Positions 1-12,342 are shown, counted from the first letter of the whole stretch. The stretch is DNA of 61,204 nt, filler included, from Dugesia japonica (GCA_001938525.1; 6 parts of 6 records of this genome joined end to end with filler, not necessarily neighbours in it), one strand, 5' to 3'. Notes: generated by a model not told the origin, from the letters alone. Numbers and translations are program-made.

Positions 1-277
1 TTTTAATTTTCTAATTCACATTGAAAATTAGAATAGAAAATAAAAAGTATTCTTTTATTTCAAAATAAAAGAAAAAAAAGGATTTAATTTGTTTAAATTA
101 TTATGTTAATTTAAATGCTTACCATGTGCGAGAAAAAAAGTATTGATTCTCGTCTGATTGATTATAATGATGTAGTTTATACAAATTTGATCAATCAGAT
201 TGAGAATCTAATGAAGAAAATCATCCCAGATATGATAAAATCGAGATTTCAAATATATATATATAGAGATTTTAAAT

Positions 278-590
278 GAAACTAATGTTTCCGATGGACT
301 GAGCAATGCAAATTGCTTCAATGATGGTTCCGAAGCAGTTGTTTCAATGCATCCAATTTCTGACCCAGATGTCGAAATCCACAAAGAAATTAAGTCAAAT
401 ACTGAAGAAATTCAATTAAGGAAGTTTTAATTGAAACTAATGTTTGCGATGGACTGAGCACTGCAAATTGCTTCAATGATGGTTCCGAAGCAGTTGTTTC
501 AATGCATCCAATTTCTGACGAAGATGTCGAAATCCACAAGGAGATTAACTCAAATACTGAAGAGATTTTGAATGAAGTTTTCAATGAAAT
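278..590 (+). repeat. Two-copy tandem duplication, ~155-bp period, inside a degenerate acidic reading frame
   Basis: gaaactaatgttt(c/g)cgatggactgagca... starts at 278 and again at 433. Both copies translate as ETNVxDGLSxANCFNDGSEAVVSMHPISDxDVEIHKEI. Confidence 0.9.
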
Positions 591-2912
591 TCAGTCCAAT
601 ATTGACAATATTTTAAAGCAAATCAAATCAGAAAAATCGGTAATTCCAAGCAGAATTGAGCTCCCAAAGAATAAATAAAAACAAGCTTTATGTCATGAAA
701 TAAATCTTTTAGTAATAGTAGTATTGTTATTATATTGCTAATATTATCATTGTTTTTACTATATTCGCCATCGAATTTAATGAATACTCTTGTTCGTATA
801 TCTAATGACTCTCATAATTTGATTGAACTTCCTATTTTTTCAACCAACGTAATCTCCACTGAAATCACCATAGATTTGAATTAATGATTTAGAAAACCTA
901 AACTAGAATCTGACGGCATTACTCTATATTTAATAAAATATAAAAAATTTATTCAATATTTTTCTTTATAACATAAGTAATGAATGGAGATTATATACTC
1001 TGGAAAATATAACAATGATTTTTCACAGGCTACATAACTCACATAAGCGTGATGCTAGAACTTTGAAAGATAGGCAAAACCTAACCCCACAGGACCAAAT
1101 TAATCAATGTTGCCACAACGTGACCGAGCGTTAGTGGTACCAATATTGGCACTGTACTCATAACCTGTGCACTGAGGTATCTTGATCATCCAGTTTACCC
1201 GAGTTCATGTTGTACCGAGAATTTCGCAAAAAATCGTTTACCTATTTAATACATTTAAATACATTTTTAGTCAGTCAAATGATCCTAGTGATTTCTGACT
1301 AAAATCTAGTCATAAACTAAATAGTTTTTCATTTGTAATTTTGTCCTTGTCTATAAGCTCAGTAGTTTTCGTTAGTAATAAGTTGTAATCTCAATGATAT
1401 ATCATTAAATGTTCAACTTTATTTTCGGTTAATTCATCGTTTATTTTAAGTGAACAATTTACGCGCGAAATCTTCTATTTTGATTAGAAAAGATAAAGAA
1501 GATAGCGACGACCAAGAAATTACATGGGAATTTTATAAGCTAGTGAAACATTAGATGGATGCCAAAGTAGCCAAGGCTCAAGCTAAGATACATCAAAACA
1601 AAAAAAATTGCTGGAAATTCTAAGAGGAAGTGGTCCGTTCCCACAACCAGGAACAATTGTAGAAAAAATAATTGGATATTTTTGCTGAATCATTAAAATA
1701 ATTAGATAAGGACAAAGATTACCTCGTGCAAGAAGTTCATAATGTAAAAGCACGGGTACCAATCAACCCTATTGTAATAGATACATGTACTCAGACCCAT
1801 CTCTGAAATATGATTTTATTGCAAAAAAATTCTTGTTATACTTACAAATTGAACTTGTTTTATTTAACTTAACTTTTATAAGATGAATGATTGACTCTTG
1901 TTCATTTCAGTGCGTGCATACCAGTTGCTGACTCCATAAACAGATGCCATCGTTTGTTACAAGGTCTAGGTCTAGAACGCCATTACTATAAACGACACGC
2001 AAGAATGTTACTTTGTCATATAAAATAAAAGAACTAACCCATTTTGCAGCTAGAGGTCACACGCAAGCGTCAATTATTCTTAGCAAACTCGTCTATAAAT
2101 TGCTTTCTTCATAAGATAGCATTTCTTATGCAACACATCTTTAATCTGACAACGGTTCTTAGCTGTCGATCCGTAGAATAATAACAATGACGCAGCTTCA
2201 TTCAATATTGACGATGAAATCCCACCTAGTCGGTGATCTTGTAGATGTGTTAATAAATGCTAATATCCAAGAGTCTTCTCAAATTATATTTTGTGTTCCT
2301 GTCTCGAGCATAAGTTAGAGGATGATTTTGAACCCGGAAATAAAGGAATAGGAGCATGCACTAAACTAAGGGTTGTGAGTCACCAGTTCTATTCAGAAGA
2401 TTTAGTTAAGAGGCACGATATTTAATTCTTAGCGGAATTTTACTGGGTGACCGACTCACTCACGGTCATTAAATAAAACATTCAACCCAGATGAAACCCC
2501 AACATTGTTTTGTTTTATTATTACTACTTTGTTTATTGGCAAGGTCGTAAGATACCACCCTGTAGTTTGTACAGTCTCCCAATATTTGAATTTGAATTGC
2601 TGATACCAACACTGCATAGAATAGGTATGGTTAGCCTTTAAATGTGTGATATTGACCTCTTCATTCTTATGTCCTATCTTGTAATCTGTTATTGTTCCAT
2701 CGGAAATAAAAGCTATGTAGTAATTGAATGTTGATTCAACCGTTGTTTAATAGAGCATCTGTGATACCATTTACGTAGTATTATTTTCTCCATAGGTACT
2801 GCTTAGGGTTGGAATTCTTTTAAGCACTGACCACATTAAGACAGCTAATTATTGCAATAACGATAAATGTTTATGAATACATTTGTGATCTGAGTGGATA
2901 TCTATTTCTAGA

Positions 2913-3890
2913 TCATTGAGTATTTGTTGAAGGCCTTTTTATCTTTTCCATGACTTTTATCTCATTATCTATATCTTGATCGCTATTTGTATAATATTTT
3001 TTGCATCTATTTGCATGTACTAGTATAGGTTCCGCTGTTCTGTTAGAACACAATTGCATTACCAAATTAGTTTCAGTCGTTTTAAGTACCTCATAAGGTT
3101 CCTTATAATTTCGTATCCACTTTGGTGATAAACCTTTGGTATTATTATGCTCGTCGAGCATTACTAAATCTTGATCTTTGAACTCGTGTGGCTTAGTTTT
3201 TTTATCATATGCCTCTTTCATTTCTTCTTGTGAATATTTAATACTTAAGTTAGCTTTTGGCCAAGCTACCTGCATTCTATCTTTTCGTTCAAACAGATGT
3301 TTATTGAATGTTTCTGTGAACACTAATATATCATCAATGTATACCATTACAAATGGTAAGTCTTCTAAAATTTTATCCAAAGTTCTTTGAAATGTCATGG
3401 GGGCTCTTGCGAGTCCAAACGGCATAACAATATACTCGTAATGACCCATATTTGTTGAAAATGCGGTCATTCCTTTAGTTTCCTCAGTGCCCTCGATTTG
3501 ATAAAAGCCCTTTTGTGCATCTCTTACGAAGTAATTCCATGCTTTTCCTAATTTATCGAATATTCATTCTAGTAATGGTAATAGATAGACTGCCCTTGAC
3601 TGTCACTTTTTTAATTTACGAAAATCGTTGCATAATCGTACCATTCCGTTCTTGTTAGGCACAATTATTAGTGGAGACTGGAATGGTGATTTACTGTGAC
3701 TGATAATTTTATATTTAAGCATCAGTTTAACTTGTTTTTTTACATTTGCTTCCAATTTCTCAGGTATTGGGTATATTCTCAACTCGATCGGTTTATCTGT
3801 TGTGAGAACGATTTTATGCTCCAAGATATTTGTATTTCCGAGATCATATTCGTGTTTGGCGAAAATATGATCGAATTTTCTTAGTAACAT
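2913..3890 (-). pseudogene. pol: Gypsy pol: RT fused in frame to the integrase C-terminal tail (RNase H and IN core deleted)
   Basis: SPFQSPLIIVPNKNGMVRLCNDFRKL, TAFSTNMGHYEYIVMPFGL and YIDD are followed directly by SQEEMKEAYDKK...FKDQDLV...LSPKWIRNYKEPY...VHANRCKKY. Confidence 0.9.
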
Positions 3891-4258
3891 ATTGATGAGA
3901 ATTTTTCTTTTCTATATAAGATTTTACAATCGCAACATGGTGCGTCATAGTATTCAATATCTGGATCTCGTTCTATGACAGATAATGTTGAAGACTTCTC
4001 AACTATCTTATCATCTAGTATATAAATAACTCCCATACTTGGATCTGGATATAATGAAATCGGTCTGATATCTAAATTTCTAATTTTTATCAAAAATCTA
4101 CCATCTTTGACCTGGCTAACGCTACAGATTCTCAGTATACAATATTTTCCCACCAACAGTGAATTTGACTCAAACAGTACTTCTTCTTCCTGCTTGAGTG
4201 AAGTATTGATAGTACATATGGTTTCTATCATTGGATGTATCTGTTTATAGATATAGGC

Positions 4259-4630
4259 TTAATGTTCATTGTATTTCTTTTTACGCTTTCTGTTTAGTTT
4301 TACCAATTGTCCTGTAGCACAATCAAAGACCACATCTTTGAGCTTATTTAACACTTCCATACCCGGTATGCCTTCTACTGGACATCTTCTCATAACTTTA
4401 ATTTTGTGTTTTATATCTTGATCACATAATTCTATATTACAATCTAGATATCCTATTATATCTAATTTTACTCCGTTTGCTGCAATAATATCTGATTGTT
4501 CTTTAACCACATTTTAAGTTTCTGTTTTATTCAGTAGATTGGCTTCTATTATCGTTCTGTCTGATCCTAAATCTATCATAGCGTAGATCACATGTCTATT
4601 AATTCTGATTTTAATCGTTGGCTTGTAAGC
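4259..4630 (-). pseudogene. Retroviral-type aspartic protease
   Basis: TIKIRINRHVIYAMIDLGSDRTII (degenerate D-T/S-G), IIAANGVKLDIIG, and GIPGMEVL at the ILG.D position. Confidence 0.8.
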
Positions 4631-5399
4631 ATAATCTACATTTACCATGAGAGTTGACAAAAATGTTTAAATTCTACATATGTTCTCTCTTTGTGTATCA
4701 AGATTTGGTTCTGTTTGATTATTCATACCATTTCTTTCTTGCAATTGATAGTTTTGATTCATCAAGTTTTGTCTAACCTGCTTTGGGTTCATATTTGATA
4801 AGTTTTTTATTCTAATTTTGCTCTTTTTCCTAGTTTTGAAATGCTTTGTCCAAATCTTCCTGAGTACAATTTGCTGGCAATTGTTGACCAGTTTGTCCAT
4901 CAAATATAGTGCTTACTAAATCTCGTGATCCTGGTTTAGTATTCACATATTCTAGGATTTTTTCCATGTCCCAGTTGTCTATGTGCTATCTTAATTCATC
5001 TAATCCCAAAGTTGGATATATGGGTGGCGGTAACATTGAGCTCATAGTTGGTGCAATCACATACAATAAAGGATTTTGTGTTGTACAAATTGGAGAATTA
5101 TAAGGTCTCCGAGCTTCCCATTTTGTTTGGAGTTTACGTTGTCTATTATATTTGATATTCTGTTTTGTAATTCTATCTTTTTTGGCTTTACTCCGTTTCT
5201 TAGGACACATATCTATCAATTCGACTATCTCAATCTGGATCAGAACAATAACTACTGTCGCTGTTTCGGCTCTCATAATTGTCATCATCATCGCTTCCTT
5301 GGTCATTTTTATCTGGTTGCAACCGTACCACAGTGTGCTTTACTGTTTCTTGTTTGACTTTTAATCTTTTAATTTCATCGGGATGATGTTTAAACAATA

Positions 5400-7240
5400 A
5401 AAAGTTTGTAAAGAATGAAAACAACCAAATAATTAGTCTCTACGTACATCCATCTATTTTAAATATACTACATGTAACATGTGGATAACAATTGAGTGAA
5501 TGCCACTTTGACGATTACACAAATAGCATAAATTCATACTAATCCAGTGACAAATACTTCAAATTCACTAAATTTTCCCCAGATTTTTTGTGCTACATTT
5601 CTAATTTGATCATATCTCATTTTGATGATAAACTGTTCAAATTGTTTCTGATATTCTTCGTTCTCTTGTTTGTGGGAAGAAAATCATTTTCATTGCTTGC
5701 TATATATTTTTAGGAGTGTAGATTCCCATTTTTCTTAAGTCATTGAGAGATTTGAATTCCATATTATCTGTCAGTTTGAAAATATCTAATGTTTGTACTG
5801 GTTTAGATGGTGGTTTACGATCAGGTAATGAAATCCAATGGTTATTCGCCTTGTATAATGGTGATATGTACGGATTACATACTGCTTCCTGAGGTTTCGC
5901 ATTTTTCCATAAAAACATATGAGTTATTGGACTCATAAATCTCAATTTATTCTCATAGATTACCGGCAATTCCATTGTGCTTTGATTTAAATTAGCAAGT
6001 GACACTTCTATAGGTGCACACTGATAACTATAAATGGCTTCGCCAATTATCAGTCCGAAAACACTTTTCTCCAACAACATTACAGTGACCAAATCTGGAT
6101 TTACTACTGAAATTGCCAATCTATGTTTTATAATTTCCGTGTTTAATTTGCAGTTATTCGTAATTACCTCTTCGTACATGTCATTAGACTATAATTGCAA
6201 ATTATGATATACATAATCGACTTTATTATTTATATAGTTTGTCATTTTTATATCTTAAGCATTTATCTGCTTTGCAGTTGGAACACTAGTTTTTGCTAAG
6301 TACAACCCTTTATAGTTAGGTTCATATACCTTGTGAGCACACTTTAATTTCAACTTCTTTCTAATGAACCTTATTGTCTCGTTAGGATCGGTAGATACTA
6401 ATACCACGGGAGTATTTTCCTCCTCTATTTCATCTTTTCCCATCTGTTTCAAGGTGTTTTGAACTTGTTGTTTAGTTATTGTCTGTACTTTGTTGTTATT
6501 GAACAATTTAAATCTTGTCCTTTTAGTTTTGACTCAAGTTCCATTCACTTTTGTAAATTATAAGCCCTTTAGTAACGATAATTCGCCGAAATCTTGCCAT
6601 GTGGCATATATAAGAGTTGCAAATCTAGTTGTACAACTTGAGAATTTTGAACTATACTTGAAATTTCCCACCATTCTACCAGATTTGACCTCGAATACAC
6701 CCTCGTATTCGAGTAATTCCACAGTTTAGTCTTTAATGTCTACTACCCAATTGACAGTAGTACCCTATCTTATTTTTGGATGTCCGACACAATCTCTATC
6801 TGCGTCAATAGGACCACCTATTGTTATGGCTTCTTCCAGCGTTTTCCCGATTTCTGCTTTTAACGAAAATTGATTATTGATTTTTAACTTGCCAGTTATA
6901 AAAGCATCCTGACAGTCTTCTGGTAACACGTTGACTGATCTTGGTATAGGTTTTGCCGACAACACCTTGTACGGCTATGAACTCCACAATAGTATTCAAA
7001 TACTGCTTTCTGTACTTGACACTCTCTCACTTTAGTGCGGTAATACTCGGTTTCTTGATAAATATAATATTTAGCTGGTTGAGCAACCTGCAATCTAGTA
7101 GGATACGCTTCTTTACATTNCATTGCATCTACTAGGGAATAAATTCCTGCTGGGCTAGGATTATGACAATCGTAAGCAATCAGCTCATTAGTTTGCCTTA
7201 ATATTCCGAACATCATTAATAGCTTTAGTATTATTTGAGT
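5400..7240 (-). pseudogene. env: Envelope-like class III viral fusion glycoprotein (chuvirus G / gB-type env), fragmented
   Basis: A hydrophobic signal-like stretch (IILKLLMMFGIL) precedes LIAYDC. Further motifs: REC...YYCGVHS, EDCQDAF, YINNKVDYVY...MYEEVITNNCKL...LAISVVNP...GEAIYSYQCAPIEV...ELPV...FMSP...C...YKANNHW...GIYT, then KIWGKF and a hydrophobic TM segment at ~5480-5580. Cys spacing follows chuvirus-type glycoproteins as recalled. Confidence 0.8.
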
Positions 7241-7349
7241 AGGATTCTCATTTCCTCTTTTAGGAATATTCATTTCCTCTTTATGCACCACATAAGCTTC
7301 TTGATTCTGTACATCCTCAGATACTTCTGGCAATAGCAACATAGTCTAT

Positions 7350-8130
7350 TGGTGATCAGATGGCTCCACCAACAATATATTGATTAGGGTAGTTTTACTG
7401 GGTAAATATCCAACATCAACTAAGTATTCGTCGTCATCAACTTGATTACCCGATATTACTATCAAACATGTTTGTATGTACATGATTCCGATATCCGCTT
7501 TCAGTTTTAACACTCTTGTGAAACATGAATATCTCTTTATTTTGTGGTACTATCTCACCGGGTACTCTTATTTCGACAACAAAATGGGCCTGACTGGCCT
7601 TGTCATCCCTTATGGTTTTCCCATTTTTTTCTAATTAACATTCGAATTTCATTTTGATAACTGCTTGGTTTCTCAACCAATGGTAATATCAGTGGTATTA
7701 CTTCTTTTCAAACTTCAGGTGAGATATGTAATGTCAACATCCAACTTAATATGTTTTTTTTATCCTTAACTTAATATGTGTTTTTATCCCCTCTTAGAAC
7801 TGAAGAAATCTCGATTCCCAAATTCTGTATGATAGATTGAGCGTCTTGTACTTGCTCCAATTCCATATATTCTATAGCAAATGTGCTATCCGGGCTAATA
7901 ATAGCTACTTTCACTACTTTCTCTTTAACCTGTAAATTGGTTTTTAATCCTGGTAAAATCTCGCTTAGCTAAAGAATATTACCCTCTTCTAATTTTTCAT
8001 CGTATAAATATAGATAAAATTCCCTGCGTTTGACCTTTTTCAATTGCGCTATTATTTTAGCGACTGGTTCCTTTACATTTAATTCAAAGTTAACACTGTT
8101 CCCTTTTGGCAGTTGTATTTTTACTTGAGC
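7350..8130 (-). pseudogene. Two to three tandem ubiquitin-like (beta-grasp) domains within the retroelement
   Basis: VKIQLPKGNSVNFELNVKEPVAKIIAQL...FYLYLYDEKLEEGNIL*LSEI (~7955-8130) and FVVEIRVPG.../TRVLKLKADI...LIVISGNQVDDDEYLVDVGY...TLINILL (~7370-7590) parallel ubiquitin's pattern (TIENVKAKI...LIFAGKQLEDGRTLSDYNI). A weaker middle copy lies at ~7740-7920. Confidence 0.55.
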
Positions 8131-8967
8131 ATCTTTTAAATCCCAATTTTTAGAAGAGTTTGGCAAACTCATCGAATCATTAACATTAGAATTCAACTTC
8201 AAAAATTTATTAAATTAAAAACTTTAAGAACATTAATTGTTTAAACAAACAAATTTAAAAATTCATATTTTTAAACAGAAAATACTAAATATTTAATTTT
8301 ATATTTTAATATATTTAAATTATTTTTGATTTTTAAAAAATACATTAAAATAAAAATCTTTTATTCATTTAATTTTATATTTTATTCTATATAAAATATA
8401 TTTTGATTTTAAAAAAAATAACCTAAATAAACATCTTTTATTCATTTAATTTTATATTTTAAAAATCCTTAAATTTTAGTAATTTATTTTATAAATTATT
8501 TTCTTTATACAATTTTTAAAATACTTTTGATTTTAATAAATTCCGTTTTCAAAAATAAAAAATTTAAATCTGTTTTTTAAAAAACTATCTTATACCAATC
8601 ATATAACAGTTTTCCACCAATTTTCCTGCTTATTTCAGCAATTGGTTTGTAATAGGCTTTCTCTTGCCTGATTATGGACAACATTTGTACTATGTCATCT
8701 ACTTTTTCTCCATCTATCATTATAAGTTAATTTTCCTAACTGAACACTTAATTTATCCTGACAATCCGTTCTGGATTCAAATATATTTTTACAACTTTCA
8801 AGAATATTCGATTCTTGATTGTTTTCATTATCCTGTTTTTCCACAGTGTTTTCTGGCCTGATAACTTCTCCAGCCACCACCAGCTCTTCCTCTTCAAGAT
8901 TTGCTCTCCTGGATGGATCAGTAATAACAAAAATCGAATTATTCTTATTAACATCTAATTTTGCGAG

Positions 8968-9720
8968 TCAATTCCTTTCATCTTGAATTTCCAATTTGAA
9001 CTGCTGCAGATAAGTTAAACTCTTTTCTGAGTTGATCATATTCACTGTTGATTGAGAACCTTGGGCTGCTTGGCCATTTCCGTTATGTCTCATGAGACAC
9101 AAACGCTTCACGTGTCCTAAATTTCCACATTCTTGACACTTAATTATTCCATTAGAATTAACTTCATCTCTAACAACAGTGTTTTTCATTTTTGTCTTGC
9201 CAACTGCGGCTACATCGTCCTTTTGTTTGCATTTATCGCATTGTAAATACCTTATTCTGCAGTTTTCTACTGTGTGGTTATTCCTACCACATTTAGTACA
9301 TTGAGTACTCTTATTACTTTCATTATTATTACTATTATTACTAACATATTCATTTTGATTTTGCTGACGATTATAAAATTGTTGGCTGAAGATTCTCCTT
9401 GCATCTTAAGGTAAAATTCGGTTAGTTAATGCTACTCTGCTTCCCATGCTGCTGGTCTATTTGCTGCTTCAACTGAGTTCATGACGTCATTGAACACGTC
9501 TCTTGCTAATCCTTTGAGATATATTGGCAGACGCTGGATCATTATTCCATTCATATGCACATGCTAATTGGTAATATTCCGATATTGAACTCCGGAAACT
9601 CACCTGGATTTCTACTGAATACTTTTAATGATAACGTTGGAAAATTATATTTGATACCACTGCTGCTGGTACTCTATTATTATTATTATTACTATTATTA
9701 TTCACATCAATTTGATAATA
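8968..9720 (-). pseudogene. gag: Gag (capsid N-terminal part plus three zinc knuckles), frameshifted
   Basis: LKVFSRNPGEFPEF and IQRLPIYLKGLARDVF are Gypsy capsid-like. Knuckles: CTKCGRNNHTVENC, degenerate CDKCKQKDDVAAV, and CQECGNLGHVKRLC. Confidence 0.85.
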
Positions 9721-9789
9721 AATCAATTTTCCGTTTCTAAGGATAATTATGAAAAACTGTTTTGTCCCACAGATAATTTTTTATCACAT

Positions 9790-9800
9790 CGGGCTCACCA
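9790..9800 (-). promoter_or_regulatory. tRNA primer-binding site TGGTGAGCCCG
   Basis: The - strand reads ...CTAACA-TT-TGGTGAGCCCGATG, the canonical LTR-end/PBS geometry, just upstream of gag. The cognate tRNA was not identified. Confidence 0.75.
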
Positions 9801-9802
9801 AA

Positions 9803-10236
9803 TGTTAGATCCTAGTGGGTATAGGTACCCAACAAGAAATTATCTGACTTAAAAGTTAAAATAATATTAGGCTTGTAGTTAAATAATTTCTTTATTTATT
9901 ATTAATAACAATATAATAAATAAAGATAGATCAATTAAGATAACACCTTTTGCTTTAAATAAAACTTTATTGAATACGAACAACTTTTACAAAATGGTTT
10001 GATACAAATATTAAGCAAATACAAATTTTAGGGATAACTTTTCGAGCAACCTGCTCCTATATAAATTAATAACAGATCTCAGTAATATCTACTGACCTAA
10101 AGATTATGGTGGCACTAACAAATTGCATCACACCACCTTTACGCAATCAAAACAAGACACGAGATTTTTGGGTCTCGCTAATTTTTAAAATAAATTTTAG
10201 GAAATTTAGGATACCTGCTAACAATTATGTCTAACA
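9803..10236 (-). repeat. Putative 5' LTR of the Gypsy element
   Basis: Bounded by 7-bp inverted termini TGTTAGA...TCTAACA and followed on the - strand, after 2 nt, by a TGG-initiated PBS. The outer boundary could alternatively be 10223. Confidence 0.65.
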
Positions 10237-12342
10237 GTATCCTTCAAATGATATTTTAATTAACTTTTAACTACAAGTCAGTAACTGACTATTTGGAAAT
10301 TAATAAAGCAAAATAATATAAAATAATCAACTAGTGTACAACAGACTTCTAAAACAATTATTGATTTTAATAACTAATCTTTAACAGACTTTAAAATAAT
10401 TTATCAATTAACAATAAAGCTATTCTTTAACAGACTAAAATAAATTATCAATTATAAAAAAAATCAGCTACTAATTATTTTAAATAAAATCCCAGCTATT
10501 AACAAACTGGAAATCGATTAAAAAAAACTGCAATAATTTTACTTTTCTAATATTGAAATAATTCCCACAATTTCCTAATTGAATTTCTTATGTAAGTCTA
10601 ATATAAATTTTTCTGATTTACTTTTTTCGAACTGAAATAGAATTTAATTTGTGCAATGATTAAAAACACGTGTCAGTATTTATATCAATCAACTGCACGT
10701 ATAAATTTTAAATTATTTAATTTAATAAAAAAACTTGCTATTTTTAGCAATTTTAAAATTCTAATTTTAGTAAGTATTTATTTTTGTATTTATTTTTTCT
10801 AATTAAAGTGTTAAAATATTTTTATTTAATTTTCTATTTTTAATTTTAATATTTCTTGCTAAATTTAGTCATTTCGTAATTTATTATTTATAACCTTAAT
10901 TGAGTAAAACAAACTAAATAAATTAAGGATAATTTATTATTTTAATTATTCTTACTTATAATGTAACTTAAAATAAACTAAAGCTACCCCCAATCATCAC
11001 ATTTTGATAACAAATAATTATTTTTTATAAATTTTTGACTTATTTTAAATGAAAGTTTTAATCTAAAATTTTAAATTTATTAAAAAATAATTTCTAATAA
11101 AGCATCAAGTTTTAATTTGCTTGAAAAAACAAATAGTGACGGTTATAGATTATTTTGTGAATAAAACTTTTATAGAAATGAGATTTGACTCAAACTCATC
11201 TAACATGAAATATTAAAAATACATTAAAAATATATTTTTATGACAAACAGAAATTTCAAAATTTTAAGAATACAAAATTATTAATACAAAGTTACAAAAA
11301 CTTTAATTTACATTTATTAATGTATAAATAAGCAAAATTATAATTTACTTTTTTATAAATTATTTTTAAAATACAAATTTAAATATTTACAAATCTGATT
11401 TTAATAAATTTCGCTTTAAAATACAAAAAATTCTAATCTGCTTTTAAAAACTATCTTACAATAAGAATATTATTTCGGCAAAATGTTGCAAATTTTTACA
11501 AAAAATCAACTCGTTTAAATACTTGATCATGCACACAGATAACTTAATTATGCAAATAGAAAACCAATAAGATGCATCAACAAACAAAAGTTGTCAAGCT
11601 GATTTTTGCACTATCATGTTAACCAATAAAATTGTTTTAGCCATACTGATTTTTCATTGGTCGAATTTAAACTTTCGATTTTTCATTATCAGGAAAGGTA
11701 CGGGATCGAGTCCGTAAGATTTTATAAAAACCATCTCTTTTAAAAAAATTGTCAACAACTCACGTTATACTTTATTTGCTATGTTCTATGTATTATAATT
11801 AATTATTTCGTTTGAATTTAATCACTCAAAATTTCATAACATGTATTTTCCACATTATCATTTATTAGAATGATTTCACATCATTTGAGATGATTTGTGG
11901 TTTATACTTCGATATATTTTCTAATCCAGCATATTCATTTTTCTGTCATTATTTTACTGGTTTAATAGATTTACAAGTTACTCAGTTTTACTAAAGTATT
12001 TGTCAACTTTGCACTAATTTTGATTCGTAAAAATGATTGAACCAATTTTGTTCATTTTTTAAAATTCACTTAAGTATTTATCTATATATCTTTACATCAT
12101 TTGAACATTTCACCATTGTGAATTATAAACCCGGATATTTTTTTTACCACCTTTTCAGTCAAAAAATTGTTATAATTAAAGGTGAAAGAATTCGAGCTGA
12201 GAGACTATCTTCAAATGATTAAATGAAATTAATTTCTCTCAAGTTGATAAAAAATAAATTCTTAATGCTTTTTAATGAAATAATTTAATTAAAAGATATT
12301 TCTAACAGTTGGAAAACTTTCAAAACAATACAGTAGTGAGAC

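Larger units (their letters stand above)
2458..10236 (-). mobile_element. Decayed Ty3/Gypsy LTR retrotransposon carrying ubiquitin-like domains and a class III (chuvirus/gB-like) envelope gene between gag and pol
   Basis: All parts are co-oriented on the - strand: LTR and PBS (9790-10236), Gag motifs with CCHC knuckles, glycoprotein fragments, aspartic protease, RT and integrase C-terminus. There are many stops and frameshifts. No 3' LTR was recognised, so the left boundary is approximate. Confidence 0.8.

Noticed and set aside
390-584. 64-aa minus-strand ORF
   Set aside because: Antisense shadow of the + strand tandem repeat.
8198-8596. Spliceosomal intron within the retroelement
   Set aside because: The candidate GT/AG boundaries create an immediate stop; an inserted repeat explains the block better.
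12180-12218. ~40-bp match to 46967-47002 (aggtgaaagaatt.gagctgagagactatcttcaaat)
   Set aside because: A real dispersed repeat fragment, but too short to classify and unremarkable in a TE-rich genome.
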